Assembly (NCBI GenBank): GCA_023404495.1
Contig: JAEYBE010000033.1
Coordinates: 72,032 to 136,031 of the forward strand
DNA length: 64,000 nucleotides
Reading direction: 5' to 3'
Source of the DNA: Actinomycetes bacterium
GTDB lineage: Bacteria > Actinomycetota > Thermoleophilia > Solirubrobacterales > JACPNS01
The first letter of the stretch is position 1. Each line of letters begins with the position of its first letter. Positions 1 through 8,710 of the stretch are shown one piece after another. Both the position numbers and the translations under genes were made by a program. The notes below the pieces were generated by a model that was given only the letters and a program-made list of their open reading frames with translations, searched no databases and had not been told where the DNA came from.

Positions 1-49
1 CTTCAAATACCTCGAAAAACGAGGCTACCAGTGATTCGGTAGCTCGCTG

Positions 50-580
50 TCAGGTCTTTAATGCGGCCACGTAGGGCAAGTTGCGCAATTGCTCGCCGTG
101 ATCTAGGCCATAGCCGACGACAAACTTGTCGGGAATCTCGAATCCGACGTATCGCAGGTCCGGGTCGACCTTGAATCTGGCCGGCTTGATCAGCAGCGCG
201 CAGACCTCGAGCGACGCTGGATTGCGCGCATTCAGGTTCTTCAGCAAATATGAGAGGGTGAGACCGGAATCGACGATGTCTTCGACGATCAGCACGTCTC
301 GACCCTCAATCGGCGTATCGAGGTCCTTGAGGATCCGCACCACGCCGGAAGACTCAGTACTCGAGCCGTACGAAGAAACCGCCATGAAGTCGAGCTCGCA
401 ATCGACCTCGAGCTGGCGCATCAGGTCGGCGAGAAAGAAGACGGCACCCTTGAGCACGCCGACCAGCAACACGTTCTTGCCGGCATAGTCCTGGTTGATC
501 TGCGCGGCGAGCGCGCGGATGCGCTGACGCAGGTCGTCGGACTGAACGAGGATCTCGCCGATCTGTTCGCGGGCGGGCAC
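50..580 (-). CDS. hpt: hypoxanthine-guanine phosphoribosyltransferase
   Basis: 176-aa ORF with the type I PRTase PRPP loop VLIVEDIVDSGLT and Hpt-typical GVLKGAVFFLADL and KFVVGYGLD. It lies downstream of tilS, the usual synteny. Confidence 0.92.
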   Translation of the reverse strand: MPAREQIGEILVQSDDLRQRIRALAAQINQDYAGKNVLLVGVLKGAVFFLADLMRQLEVDCELDFMAVSSYGSSTESSGVVRILKDLDTPIEGRDVLIVEDIVDSGLTLSYLLKNLNARNPASLEVCALLIKPARFKVDPDLRYVGFEIPDKFVVGYGLDHGEQLRNLPYVAALKT

Positions 581-617
581 TGCGTCGAGTGTAGGCGCGC
601 GGAATCGCGCGTCCTGA

Positions 618-1628
618 TCAACCTTCGTCGATCACGCGCGCGCGGCCGCGACGGATCGCCAGACGCGCGCCTTCGACCTGCAGCTCGCGCAGCTCGCCGC
701 CAGCGCCCAGGCGCAGCGCTTCGGAAAGCAGCCTGGCGGCCTTGGGCACCGGCACCGGCCGCCGCTCTTCGACGTAGTGGCGCAGCACCGCGCCGCCGAT
801 CGCCGGCGGCAGCTCAGAGAGTCCGTCGAGGTCCAGTGCGCCGTCCTCGGTGGTCAGCTCTGCGGTCAGGCGTTGGGTGACGCTTGAGAGTTCGTAGCTT
901 TCCTGGCGCAGATCGGCGACGGTTTGCAGCAGATTGGCAAATGCCGCAGGGTGCAGCTCCTCGGCGTCTGCCAGCAACTTGCGGGCGCGCACGCGCGCAA
1001 ATCGCTGATCGTCATTGGATGCATCCTCGCGCCATGCCTCGCCTTTGGACGAGAGCCACTCGCGCAGCTCGCTGCGCCTGATCCCAAGCAATGGGCGCAC
1101 GATCCGCCCGCGGCGGGCAGGCATGCCGGTGAGGGCCCGGCGTCCGGGTGAGGCGAAGAGCCGGTAGAGCACGGTCTCGGCCTGGTCATCGGCCGTATGG
1201 GCTGTGACGATCGCCGCGTCCTCGCCGGCCTGCTCGGCAATGCGCTCCGCCGCCGAGTAGCGCAGCTCGCGCGCCCAATCCTGCAGGTTGCCGGTCTGCG
1301 GTGAGCCGGCGTCTGCAACCGTCAGATCGACGCCCAGCCGCCGGCAGAGCTCGCGGCAGAACTGCGCGTCGCCCTCACTCTCGGCCCCGCGCAGTCCGTA
1401 GTTGACGTGCAGCGCCCGCAGGCCTGCTGGCGGCGCAAGCTCGCTGAGCGCAAGCAGCAGGGCAACCGAGTCGCCTCCACCCGAGAGCATCGCCACGAAC
1501 GGTGTCGATTCTGTCGGCGCGCCGAGCGCCGCCAGCTCTTGGCGGATCACTTCTGGCACGCCCGCGCAGGTTCCTGAAGCTTTCTGGTGGTTCATACGAC
1601 ATTCGTCCATACGACGATCGTCCAGCAA
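618..1628 (-). CDS. tilS: tRNA(Ile)-lysidine synthase
   Basis: 336-aa ORF with the PP-loop motif SGGGDS ([13 protein letters not shown]) and tilS-hpt synteny. The start is uncertain because in-frame ATGs also occur at 1610 and 1595. Confidence 0.85.
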   Translation of the reverse strand: MLDDRRMDECRMNHQKASGTCAGVPEVIRQELAALGAPTESTPFVAMLSGGGDSVALLLALSELAPPAGLRALHVNYGLRGAESEGDAQFCRELCRRLGVDLTVADAGSPQTGNLQDWARELRYSAAERIAEQAGEDAAIVTAHTADDQAETVLYRLFASPGRRALTGMPARRGRIVRPLLGIRRSELREWLSSKGEAWREDASNDDQRFARVRARKLLADAEELHPAAFANLLQTVADLRQESYELSSVTQRLTAELTTEDGALDLDGLSELPPAIGGAVLRHYVEERRPVPVPKAARLLSEALRLGAGGELRELQVEGARLAIRRGRARVIDEG

Positions 1629-1675
1629 TCGCGCTGCATATATGGACTCGCGCGCGCGTGCACGACAACAACATC

Positions 1676-3286
1676 GTGCACGGTGTCAGCACAGTATCTC
1701 TCGGCGGCCTGTCCGCTCGCGCATGGAAGCGCATCGGACTCGTCGCCGTGGTGCTGACCGCACTCCTCGCCGTCGTTCCAGAAGCTCGCGCCGCGTCCGA
1801 CACCGTCGCGGCCAGCCAGCAGCTGATCGTCGGCTTTGAGAACGGAACGAGTCGCTCGGAATCTGCCGCGATCATCAATGACACCGATGTATCGATCGCA
1901 CAGCGGCTTCCGGGCGGCGCGCTCCTGGTCGATGTCGACCCGGGCGAGAATCCCGCAGGCGTCGCCGACCAGCTCGAGTCCGATGGCGCCGTGCGCTACG
2001 CCACGCCCAACTTCGTGGTGCGCGCTTCCGAGGTCGCCAGCGACCCGCTGATCGCCAACGGCAGCATGTGGAACCTGCTGCGCGTGCACGCCCCTGCCGC
2101 GTGGGCGGCGACAACCGGGAGCGGCGCGGTGGTCGCGGTGCTCGACGCCGGCGTCAACCTGACCAACCCGGACATCGCCCCGAGCCTCTGGACCAACCCC
2201 GAGGAAGTTGCCGGCAATGGCCTCGACGACGACAACGACGGATTCGTCGACGACGTCAACGGCGCGGACTGGATCGACCGCGACGGCGCCCCGACCGACA
2301 CCAACGGTCACGGCACGCACGTCGCCGGGACGATTGCCGCGGCCGCAGGAAACGGATTTGGCGGCGCCGGCGTTGCTCCCGGCGCCAAGCTGATGCCGCT
2401 GCGCTTTCTCGACTCGCGCGGCTCGGGCACCGTTGCCGACGCGATCTCCGCGATTCAGTTCGCGATCAACCACCGGGTTGATGTGATCAACGCCAGCTGG
2501 GGCGGCCCCGACTACTCCCCCGCCCTGCGCGACGCATTCGCGCGCGCCGGCGCCGCAGGGATCACCGTTGTCGCCGCCGCCGGCAACGACGGCGTCTCAA
2601 ACGATTCTTCGCCGACCTACCCGGCAGCCTTCAGCCTGCCGAACCTGATCGCCGTCGCCGCCAGCGACCGCCGCGACCAGCTCGCAGCGTTCTCAAACTA
2701 CGGCCGCGGCGTCGCGGTCGCCGCACCGGGCGTCGGAATACTCAGCACCGAGGGCGCCGGCATCGGAACGATGAGCGGCACTTCGATGGCAGCACCCCAC
2801 GTCGCAGGCATCGCGGCGCTCGTGCACTCCTTCAACGAGTATCTCCCCCCGACCAGCGTGATCGCCGCGATCAGCGCAGGCTCAATCAAGAACCCCGCAC
2901 TCACGGGCCGGGTCAGCAGCGGTGGCGTCGCCGATGCCGCAGGTGCACTCCAGGCTGTCGGCGCGGAGGTTGCCGACATCGATCGCGGCACTGCCCCCGG
3001 GTCGTTCAAGCTCCGCAAGCCGGGCAAGCGCGTGCGCATCAAGGGCCGCCGCGGGTACGTGCGCTTTGCCTGGTCGAAGTCGCGTGACTCGGACCTGGTC
3101 GGCTACGACGTCGTCGTCAACGGCAAGGTGCGCGCGCAGGTTCGCTCGACGCACGCCCGCATCAAGGTGCCGGCAGGCAGGCTTACCTGGAAGGTCGTCG
3201 CTGTGGACGCCCAGGGGAACAGCACGACCGCATCGCGCTCGTCAAAGAGCAACGGAAGAATTGCCGTGCTTCGCAAGAAGCGGTAG
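1676..3286 (+). CDS. secreted subtilisin-like serine protease (peptidase S8)
   Basis: Subtilase motifs VAVLDAGV (Asp), HGTHVAGT (His), AAAGNDG (Asn) and [11 protein letters not shown] (Ser). It has a signal-like segment [21 protein letters not shown] and a basic Ig/FN3-like C-terminal tail. The ORF opens at 1502, which would overlap tilS, so GTG 1676 was chosen and the start is uncertain. Confidence 0.85.
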   Translation: MHGVSTVSLGGLSARAWKRIGLVAVVLTALLAVVPEARAASDTVAASQQLIVGFENGTSRSESAAIINDTDVSIAQRLPGGALLVDVDPGENPAGVADQLESDGAVRYATPNFVVRASEVASDPLIANGSMWNLLRVHAPAAWAATTGSGAVVAVLDAGVNLTNPDIAPSLWTNPEEVAGNGLDDDNDGFVDDVNGADWIDRDGAPTDTNGHGTHVAGTIAAAAGNGFGGAGVAPGAKLMPLRFLDSRGSGTVADAISAIQFAINHRVDVINASWGGPDYSPALRDAFARAGAAGITVVAAAGNDGVSNDSSPTYPAAFSLPNLIAVAASDRRDQLAAFSNYGRGVAVAAPGVGILSTEGAGIGTMSGTSMAAPHVAGIAALVHSFNEYLPPTSVIAAISAGSIKNPALTGRVSSGGVADAAGALQAVGAEVADIDRGTAPGSFKLRKPGKRVRIKGRRGYVRFAWSKSRDSDLVGYDVVVNGKVRAQVRSTHARIKVPAGRLTWKVVAVDAQGNSTTASRSSKSNGRIAVLRKKR

Positions 3287-3339
3287 TTGCGGCTTCGGGC
3301 GGGCGAATTCGGGGTAAACACTGGCGTTATGCTTCCGCC

Positions 3340-4152
3340 GTGCGCCAATGCCTGAAATTCGCTTTGGCCGTCGGCGCCGTGGCGGCTGCGGCGTGCGGTG
3401 CCTCGACTCCCCCCGTTGCCGCAGCGGCCTCACCTCCGACGTTATCCGGAATATCCGGCTCGCTCCAACCGAGGACGCTGAAGTTTCGTCCGACCAAACG
3501 CACACCTATTCAAATGACTCTCCGGTCCCAAGAGAGCTTCGTCGCTGGCACGCCGACACGCGTAACTCTCAAGGTGAAGTTCGTCGACGTCCCGATGTGG
3601 GTCCGCACCCGCGGGAAAGTGAGAAAGATTCCAGCGTTCAAGCTCTTCAGTCGCATGCACGTCCGGCCGTCGCTTATCGCGATGGCCGCATCGTGTCGGC
3701 CGCTGGGTGGAAAACTTGAGGTCTACGATCCGAAATGCGCGCCGGAAGGCAATGGAAAAGCTCTCGGCTCCAAGACAATAGACCTCCCGCCCGTTGGTGA
3801 CAAGTTCACACGTATTCGGTTCGACATCGGAACTAGCTATGCATTCGACATGACTTTTGATCGCAATGCTAGAAAGGCGAAGTGGCTCCGAAGGAACCAG
3901 TCGGTAACCTGGCGAGCGCTGGTGACGTTCCCGAGATGCCTCGCACCTGACGCCTCGGGTCGGTACTCGGACCTTCCGAGAATCGCCACCTCTCCCTGCC
4001 AGCCAGGCGACCTTTCCGTAGGTACCACCTACACGCTTGCTGGAAAGACTTGGCGAGGCTCGGGATCAGAAGCGTTCAGAACATTTGGGAGCAACAAGCG
4101 TGGCAGCGTGACGATCTTCCCAGCGGGATGGCCCGCGAATTCCGTATCGTGA
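3340..4152 (+). CDS. hypothetical exported protein (possible lipoprotein)
   Basis: 270-aa ORF with an N-terminal signal-like segment MRQCLKFALAVGAVAAAACGAS containing a Cys after an Ala run. I recognise no family motif. GC is lower than the flanks. Confidence 0.55.
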   Translation: MRQCLKFALAVGAVAAAACGASTPPVAAAASPPTLSGISGSLQPRTLKFRPTKRTPIQMTLRSQESFVAGTPTRVTLKVKFVDVPMWVRTRGKVRKIPAFKLFSRMHVRPSLIAMAASCRPLGGKLEVYDPKCAPEGNGKALGSKTIDLPPVGDKFTRIRFDIGTSYAFDMTFDRNARKAKWLRRNQSVTWRALVTFPRCLAPDASGRYSDLPRIATSPCQPGDLSVGTTYTLAGKTWRGSGSEAFRTFGSNKRGSVTIFPAGWPANSVS

Positions 4153-4170
4153 GACTGGTCGGCGCCGGAT

Positions 4171-4241
4171 TCAGCTCTCGCGCGTCTCGACGCGGAAGAG
4201 TTCGATCGAGTCGTCAAAGCCCTTCAGGCGCACGTTGCCGA
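4171..4241 (-). pseudogene. orphan 3'-terminal fragment (last ~22 codons) of a MerR-HTH/class III cyclase paralog
   Basis: It translates to GNVRLKGFDDSIELFRVETRES*, against IGNVRLKGFDDSVELFRVETRD* at the end of the intact cyclase gene (6588..7886). Similarity stops abruptly at 4241/4242 and nothing upstream resembles a cyclase. Confidence 0.75.
4180..4241. repeat. 62-bp direct repeat, copy A (cyclase 3' end)
   Basis: 59/62 identical to 6594..6655 in the same orientation, 2414 bp apart. Confidence 0.9.
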
Positions 4242-4360
4242 GGCAACGGCCATATCGCGGCCCCGAACATCGAGCGTGACCGCTCGGTTTCCTCAGCTGC
4301 GAGTACCAACGCTGGCTCATCGACACGCTTGACAGAAAGTTCCAGTCTCGATACCGTGTT

Positions 4361-5233
4361 TTGATCGCAATCCTGCCGAAAGGGGCATACGTGCGCGTCT
4401 TGCTCGGCGCATCGCTATTCGTGATCGCCCTCGTGGGTGGCACGGCCACCGAAGCCTCCGCTCGGTCTGGCTCGCCTGAAGCCCTACAAGCTTCAGTAGC
4501 GTCAACCGCTCAATCCGGCAAAGTTCTGTTCATTGCTTCGACAGCGACTTTCGCCCCGCCGAAGGGCAAGTCGCACGCAAAGACCTGCAAGGGCAGGGTT
4601 TCGATGAAGGTTTCGCTTGGGGGCCGGAGGCAATCTGTTGCGCACCCTAAACTGAAGACTGTCGGACAGGCGTGCGCCGCGACGGGACGTCTGGCGGTCC
4701 CGGCGAATACCGTCGGCAAGTCGAAGGTGTTCTTCTACTCCTTCGGCGGGAATAAGGCCGTCAAGAAGTGGAACCTTTCACCTCGGTTGCGCGTCACGCC
4801 GCCGTTGAAAACTGGCGAAATGTTCTCGCTGACCCCAGCAAAGTGGTCCTTCTTCTCCGGACATACGAGCCTGCAGAAGCCACAGAACTGGCAGTTCGAG
4901 AGCGACGCGGGCGGATTCGTTCGCTACACGAACCGCGGCGGCACCCTTCGGTTCGATTGCACGGACGCTGTGAAGATCTCGATCCTCTGGGTCGGAGATC
5001 GATTGATCACCAGTTCCCATTCCGCTGGCTCGGCTGTTGTCAAATTTGAAGGTCGCGAGTCCGACGACGTCGGTGCCCACTTTTTGGCGGTGACCGGAGA
5101 AGCGCGGTTTCTGACCAGCGCGTTTGCCGTTGGATCACTGAAATTCGAAGGCGACGTTCAGTCGCCGGACGGGAGTTGGCACAAATGTTCTACCGCCTCA
5201 ATGCCGGTCAGCGTCGTGCGGATTCTGTTTTGA
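4361..5233 (+). CDS. hypothetical exported protein
   Basis: 290-aa ORF (TTG start, with an alternative GTG near 4391). It has the hydrophobic N-terminal segment VRVLLGASLFVIALVGGTATEASA and no motif I recognise. GC is about 52-57%. Confidence 0.55.
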   Translation: MIAILPKGAYVRVLLGASLFVIALVGGTATEASARSGSPEALQASVASTAQSGKVLFIASTATFAPPKGKSHAKTCKGRVSMKVSLGGRRQSVAHPKLKTVGQACAATGRLAVPANTVGKSKVFFYSFGGNKAVKKWNLSPRLRVTPPLKTGEMFSLTPAKWSFFSGHTSLQKPQNWQFESDAGGFVRYTNRGGTLRFDCTDAVKISILWVGDRLITSSHSAGSAVVKFEGRESDDVGAHFLAVTGEARFLTSAFAVGSLKFEGDVQSPDGSWHKCSTASMPVSVVRILF

Positions 5234-5235
5234 TT

Positions 5236-6525
5236 TTGCGCGCAACGACAACCTCGCGGAAAGTCATCGTCCGATGTTTGCTCCCAGCTGTGCTCGTGAT
5301 CGTCGCGACGGGGTGGATCGCGGCTGCGCCAGCCGCGGCAGCGGACGCGAAGGTGAGCGGATTCAAGTCGAAAAAGATCGTCCTCGGCAAGTCGATCGCC
5401 GGTATCAGCATTCCGGGTAAGACACGTCAGCTCAAGTCCTCATTCGGCCAAGGCAAGCAGTGTCGAAAGACGAAGCAGACCATTTCGGTCCTGATGGGTC
5501 CGCAAAAGCTCCTTGAATGCGTCGCGCCGCTGCGCAGCGATCGACCGTTCGTCCTCGCGTCTGGACACGTAGGGAAGAGGGGCGATCTAATCGGCGTGGT
5601 CAGTGCATGTGGGTACTCCTCCAAAGCGATTGACCACCTCAACTGCAGGGGCGGATTAGGCGAAATGACGATAGATCCCGGCGGGTACAAACTCGGTTAT
5701 CCATTGAGCGCGATGGGACAATTGAGCAACTCATTTTTAGATGCGACGCTCGAGCCGATCAAGTCGACTCCCGCCCAGGGCGCCAATCAGGTCGCGTGGC
5801 CTACGAAGGTCCTTGCACGGCAGTATCGGCACAACATGACCCAGCTGTTCTTTGCTCCAACCAACGGCGAACTCATGTCGGTTGTGATGCGCTGGGTCCC
5901 CTGGCGAGATTTTAGGCCGAGCTCAAACGCGATTGTCTTGGGCGAAAGGATGGCCGGGCTGAAACTGGGCGACTCACTGGCCGAGATGAAGAAGCGAATC
6001 AGCTCGAAGGAGTCGTTCGGCCGCTTTTCGTTCTGCGGCCGGTACTCCGGCAGTCGTCGTTGGTGCAGCATAAAGAACACTGAGCTCGGTCCGGTTTTCG
6101 ACGCTGTAACCCACAAGGGCCGGGTCGTCTACCTGCGGTCCGAGTGCCAATCGCTGAAACTCGCAGGCTACGCCTTGCTGCTGGGGGTAAAGAATGTCGA
6201 GAACACCGGTACGTCCATGCCGTGCGCAGAGGACAAAGTCAACATGCCCATCGTGCCGATCTTCGCGAAGCTCGGACAATCGCTTCCCCAGGTCGAGGCG
6301 AAGCTCGCCGGTTTTACCAAGCTCGACTCTCAGCTGAGCGTCCCGGAAGGGATTGGTTCAAGCCTTCACCCAACGTACCTCGATGACTTTTTCAATGTCA
6401 GCCTGATCTTTGACTCGAACCAAAGCGAGACCATCTTCTTCCGCGACAGCGCGACCTCGCGGACCATCCTGCAGTTCAGTTCCTCAGGGCGCCTGTACAA
6501 GGTCACGATCGGCGCGCTCAAATGA
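5236..6525 (+). CDS. hypothetical exported protein with internal G-x-x-L-G-x-S repeats
   Basis: The ORF opens at 5176, overlapping the upstream gene. TTG 5236 directly follows the upstream stop and precedes the signal-like segment VIVRCLLPAVLVIVATGWIAAAPAAAADA. No family is recognised. Confidence 0.55.
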   Translation: MRATTTSRKVIVRCLLPAVLVIVATGWIAAAPAAAADAKVSGFKSKKIVLGKSIAGISIPGKTRQLKSSFGQGKQCRKTKQTISVLMGPQKLLECVAPLRSDRPFVLASGHVGKRGDLIGVVSACGYSSKAIDHLNCRGGLGEMTIDPGGYKLGYPLSAMGQLSNSFLDATLEPIKSTPAQGANQVAWPTKVLARQYRHNMTQLFFAPTNGELMSVVMRWVPWRDFRPSSNAIVLGERMAGLKLGDSLAEMKKRISSKESFGRFSFCGRYSGSRRWCSIKNTELGPVFDAVTHKGRVVYLRSECQSLKLAGYALLLGVKNVENTGTSMPCAEDKVNMPIVPIFAKLGQSLPQVEAKLAGFTKLDSQLSVPEGIGSSLHPTYLDDFFNVSLIFDSNQSETIFFRDSATSRTILQFSSSGRLYKVTIGALK

Positions 6526-6587
6526 GCTGAGCGCACGGCGGCCACACAACTACGAGACGATCGCCCTCATATGCGCGTTCGGGGCCC

Positions 6588-7886
6588 CTAGTCGCGCGTC
6601 TCGACGCGGAAGAGTTCGACCGAGTCGTCGAAGCCCTTGAGGCGCACGTTGCCGATCGACACGAAGCGCAGGCCCAGCGCTTTGCGGTTTCTGACGTGCT
6701 CCTTGACCTGTGCGGTGGCAAGCACTTCATCGGCATCGGTGCGGTTGAGCACGCGGGCGGCCATGTTGATCGCGCCGCCGAAGTAGTCGCCGTCGCGGTA
6801 GAGCGCCTCGCCGAAGTCGATACCGATGCGCAGCTTGAAGGCGTGGTCGTCCTCTTCGGCCATCTCGACCGCCCAGCGCGCAAGGTCGCCCGGCTCTGAG
6901 CCAACCACCATCGCGCCGTCGCCGGTCAGCTTGATCAGGCGGGCCGAGTCCGGCAGAGTCGTCTCGATGTGCTGGCGCAGGTGGTCGGCCTGCTCGAAGG
7001 CCTTCTCCACGCCCATCTGCTCCGTGTAACGGGTGAATCCCGCGATGTCGACGAAGCAGATCGCCACGTTGAGGCGGCCGTCCGTGTGGTTTGTGCCCTT
7101 GCCCTGGACGTTCTCGATCTGGACCTGCTCGGTGTATTCCTGGAGGAAGCGCGAGTGCATGTACTCAAAGAGCGGCGAGATGTGCGGCAGCACGCCGCCG
7201 ATCATCTCGCCCATCACGTCGCTTACCTCCTGGGCGTCTGCGCCCTGCTGGAGCAGCGGTTCGTGCACGAACATCCGCACGAGCCTCGCCTCGGCGTCGG
7301 CGATGTCGGCAAACGCCTTGGCGGCCACGCGGATCACCTGCAGCACGGCTCCCAGGGGTACGCCGGCGTCGAGCACCTCTCTGACCCTGCGCAGCGCCTC
7401 GACGTCCTGGTCGGTGACGTGGTCGGTGTTCTGGATCGACATGCCCAGCGATAGCCAGATCTGCTCGGCGATCGGCATCTTCACGCCAGCGGCCTTGGCG
7501 GCTTCTTTGAGCGAATAGTGCTTGGACTCGACCGCAAAGAGCACATCCACCCCGCCCAGCGCAAGCCGCCCGTCGGCCGCGGCGCGGACGATCTCTTCGA
7601 GCGGCTGGCCGCTCTTTCTGAGCTGGCTGACGATGCGGGCGTGCGCGACGGCGGCGCTGGTCCAGGTGCCCTCGTACTGCGGGATCGCCCCAGCTTTTAT
7701 CCAGCGGCGCAGCGTCGCGACCGAAACGCCTGCGCGTTCGGCGACTTCCTCGTCGGTGGTCAGCTGCGCGACCTGCGCGCGGAACTCCTCAGTGTTCTGG
7801 GGTTCCGGAAGGTCGTCGGGGTTTACCCGGCGGGTTGTTGGGGATGACTTGGGCATCGGGGGATTGATCGCCCGCGGTGGCTGCAT
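6588..7886 (-). CDS. MerR-type HTH domain fused to a class III adenylate/guanylate cyclase
   Basis: The N-terminus carries an HTH (AERAGVSVATLRRWIKAGAIP). The C-terminus has class III cyclase motifs VAICFVDIAGFTRYTE, LIKLTGDGAMVVG and RIGIDFGEALYRDGDYFGGAINMAARV. Confidence 0.85.
   Translation of the reverse strand: MQPPRAINPPMPKSSPTTRRVNPDDLPEPQNTEEFRAQVAQLTTDEEVAERAGVSVATLRRWIKAGAIPQYEGTWTSAAVAHARIVSQLRKSGQPLEEIVRAAADGRLALGGVDVLFAVESKHYSLKEAAKAAGVKMPIAEQIWLSLGMSIQNTDHVTDQDVEALRRVREVLDAGVPLGAVLQVIRVAAKAFADIADAEARLVRMFVHEPLLQQGADAQEVSDVMGEMIGGVLPHISPLFEYMHSRFLQEYTEQVQIENVQGKGTNHTDGRLNVAICFVDIAGFTRYTEQMGVEKAFEQADHLRQHIETTLPDSARLIKLTGDGAMVVGSEPGDLARWAVEMAEEDDHAFKLRIGIDFGEALYRDGDYFGGAINMAARVLNRTDADEVLATAQVKEHVRNRKALGLRFVSIGNVRLKGFDDSVELFRVETRD
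6594..6655. repeat. 62-bp direct repeat, copy B (inside the intact cyclase 3' end)
   Basis: 59/62 identical to 4180..4241. The three differences are two synonymous changes and one Val/Ile change in the cyclase reading frame. Confidence 0.9.
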
Positions 7887-7995
7887 CGGCCTTCCTGGCC
7901 GGGGCCTGCGCGGGACTTGACGTGATCACTTGAGCCCAAATAGTTTCGCAGGCCGCGATGACGGCGAGATCACCGATTCAGGCGACCAGAAAAGC

Positions 7996-8022
7996 GAAAA
8001 GCCCGCAAACTGCGGGCTTTTC
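7996..8022 (-). terminator. rho-independent terminator hairpin downstream of the Lys/Ala-rich protein gene
   Basis: GAAAAGCCCGCA-aac-TGCGGGCTTTTC forms a 12-bp stem and is followed by a T-rich run on the minus strand. Confidence 0.65.
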
Positions 8023-8047
8023 TGCCATCTGGCGGTGATTCTTGTGG

Positions 8048-8683
8048 CTACTTTGAGGCCGGTTTCTTGGCCGCAGGCTTGCGAGCGGCCGGCTTCTTGG
8101 CTGCGGGCTTCTTTGCCGCAGGCCTCTTCGCGGCCGATGCCTTTGCCGCCGGCTTCTTGGCAGCAGGCTTGCGGGCGGCGCTGGCCGACGTGCGGCTGGC
8201 GCTGCGAGCGGCTGGCTTCTTGGCTGCCGGCTTCTTCGCCGCTGGCTTCTTGGCTGCGGGCTTCTTGGCGGCAGGCTTGCGAGCGGCCGGCTTCTTGGCG
8301 CTCGTCGAGCGACGCTTTGCGGCAGCAGAAGACGCGGGCTTGCGGGCCGGCTTCTTCGGAGCAGCACCCGGGGTCGCCGCGCGCACGCGGGCCTCGAGGT
8401 CGTTGAAGCGGTCCTCGAGCGAATTGATCAGATCGCGCGCGCTTTCGAGTTCGTCGGACGCGCTCTTGCGGATCTCGTCGGATGCTTTGCGCAGCTCCTC
8501 ACCGACGTTCTTGACTTCATCGACGATCGACCGGGAGAACCGGTCGGCCGCATCTGTCACCTCATCAAGCACACCCTTGGCGCGCTTGCGGTCGAAGTTG
8601 TCTCCAAGGGTCGCCTCGAAAGTCTTCTCGACGGCGGATCGGAGTTGGTCGGTGATGCCCTGTGCGGACTTTTTCGTAGCCAT
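8048..8683 (-). CDS. coiled-coil protein with Lys/Ala/Pro-rich (AAKKP-repeat) histone-H1-like / HbhA-like tail
   Basis: ATG 8683 (MATKKSAQG...) was chosen inside the longer ORF 8048..8875. A ~105-aa helical, charged N-terminal part is followed by a ~105-aa tail of PAAKKPAAKKPAARKP repeats. Confidence 0.7.
   Translation of the reverse strand: MATKKSAQGITDQLRSAVEKTFEATLGDNFDRKRAKGVLDEVTDAADRFSRSIVDEVKNVGEELRKASDEIRKSASDELESARDLINSLEDRFNDLEARVRAATPGAAPKKPARKPASSAAAKRRSTSAKKPAARKPAAKKPAAKKPAAKKPAAKKPAARSASRTSASAARKPAAKKPAAKASAAKRPAAKKPAAKKPAARKPAAKKPASK
8051..8365. repeat. coding low-complexity tandem repeat (about 15-nt AAKKP units)
   Basis: Repeated cttcttggc[n]gc[n]ggc units occur, and a longer internal duplicate (caggcttgcgagcggccggcttcttggc) appears near 8073 and 8272. 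Confidence 0.8.
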
Positions 8684-8710
8684 AGACGGCATACGATACC
8701 GGCGATCGCG

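Noticed and set aside
1502-1675. Upstream extension of the S8 protease ORF.
   Set aside because: It would overlap the divergent tilS start by more than 100 nt and precedes the signal-peptide-like segment. GTG 1676 is more plausible, though unverified.
4171-4449. 92-aa ORF on the minus strand.
   Set aside because: Only its last ~22 codons resemble anything (the cyclase C-terminus) and the rest is junk-like. I treated it as a gene fragment, not a gene.
6588-7886. Pycsar/CBASS-like defence cyclase.
   Set aside because: It is a class III cyclase fused to an HTH, not a CD-NTase. No effector gene lies in an operon with it, and the adjacent genes are on the opposite strand and encode exported orphans.
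8051-8365. Short-period repeat array that might look like a CRISPR array or minisatellite.
   Set aside because: The period is about 15 nt, there are no unique spacers, and it sits entirely inside a reading frame encoding AAKKP repeats. It is coding low-complexity sequence.
7930-8406. 158-aa plus-strand ORF rich in SWLRAS/ASWRQA repeats.
   Set aside because: It is a mirror-frame translation of the AAKKP repeat on the opposite strand.
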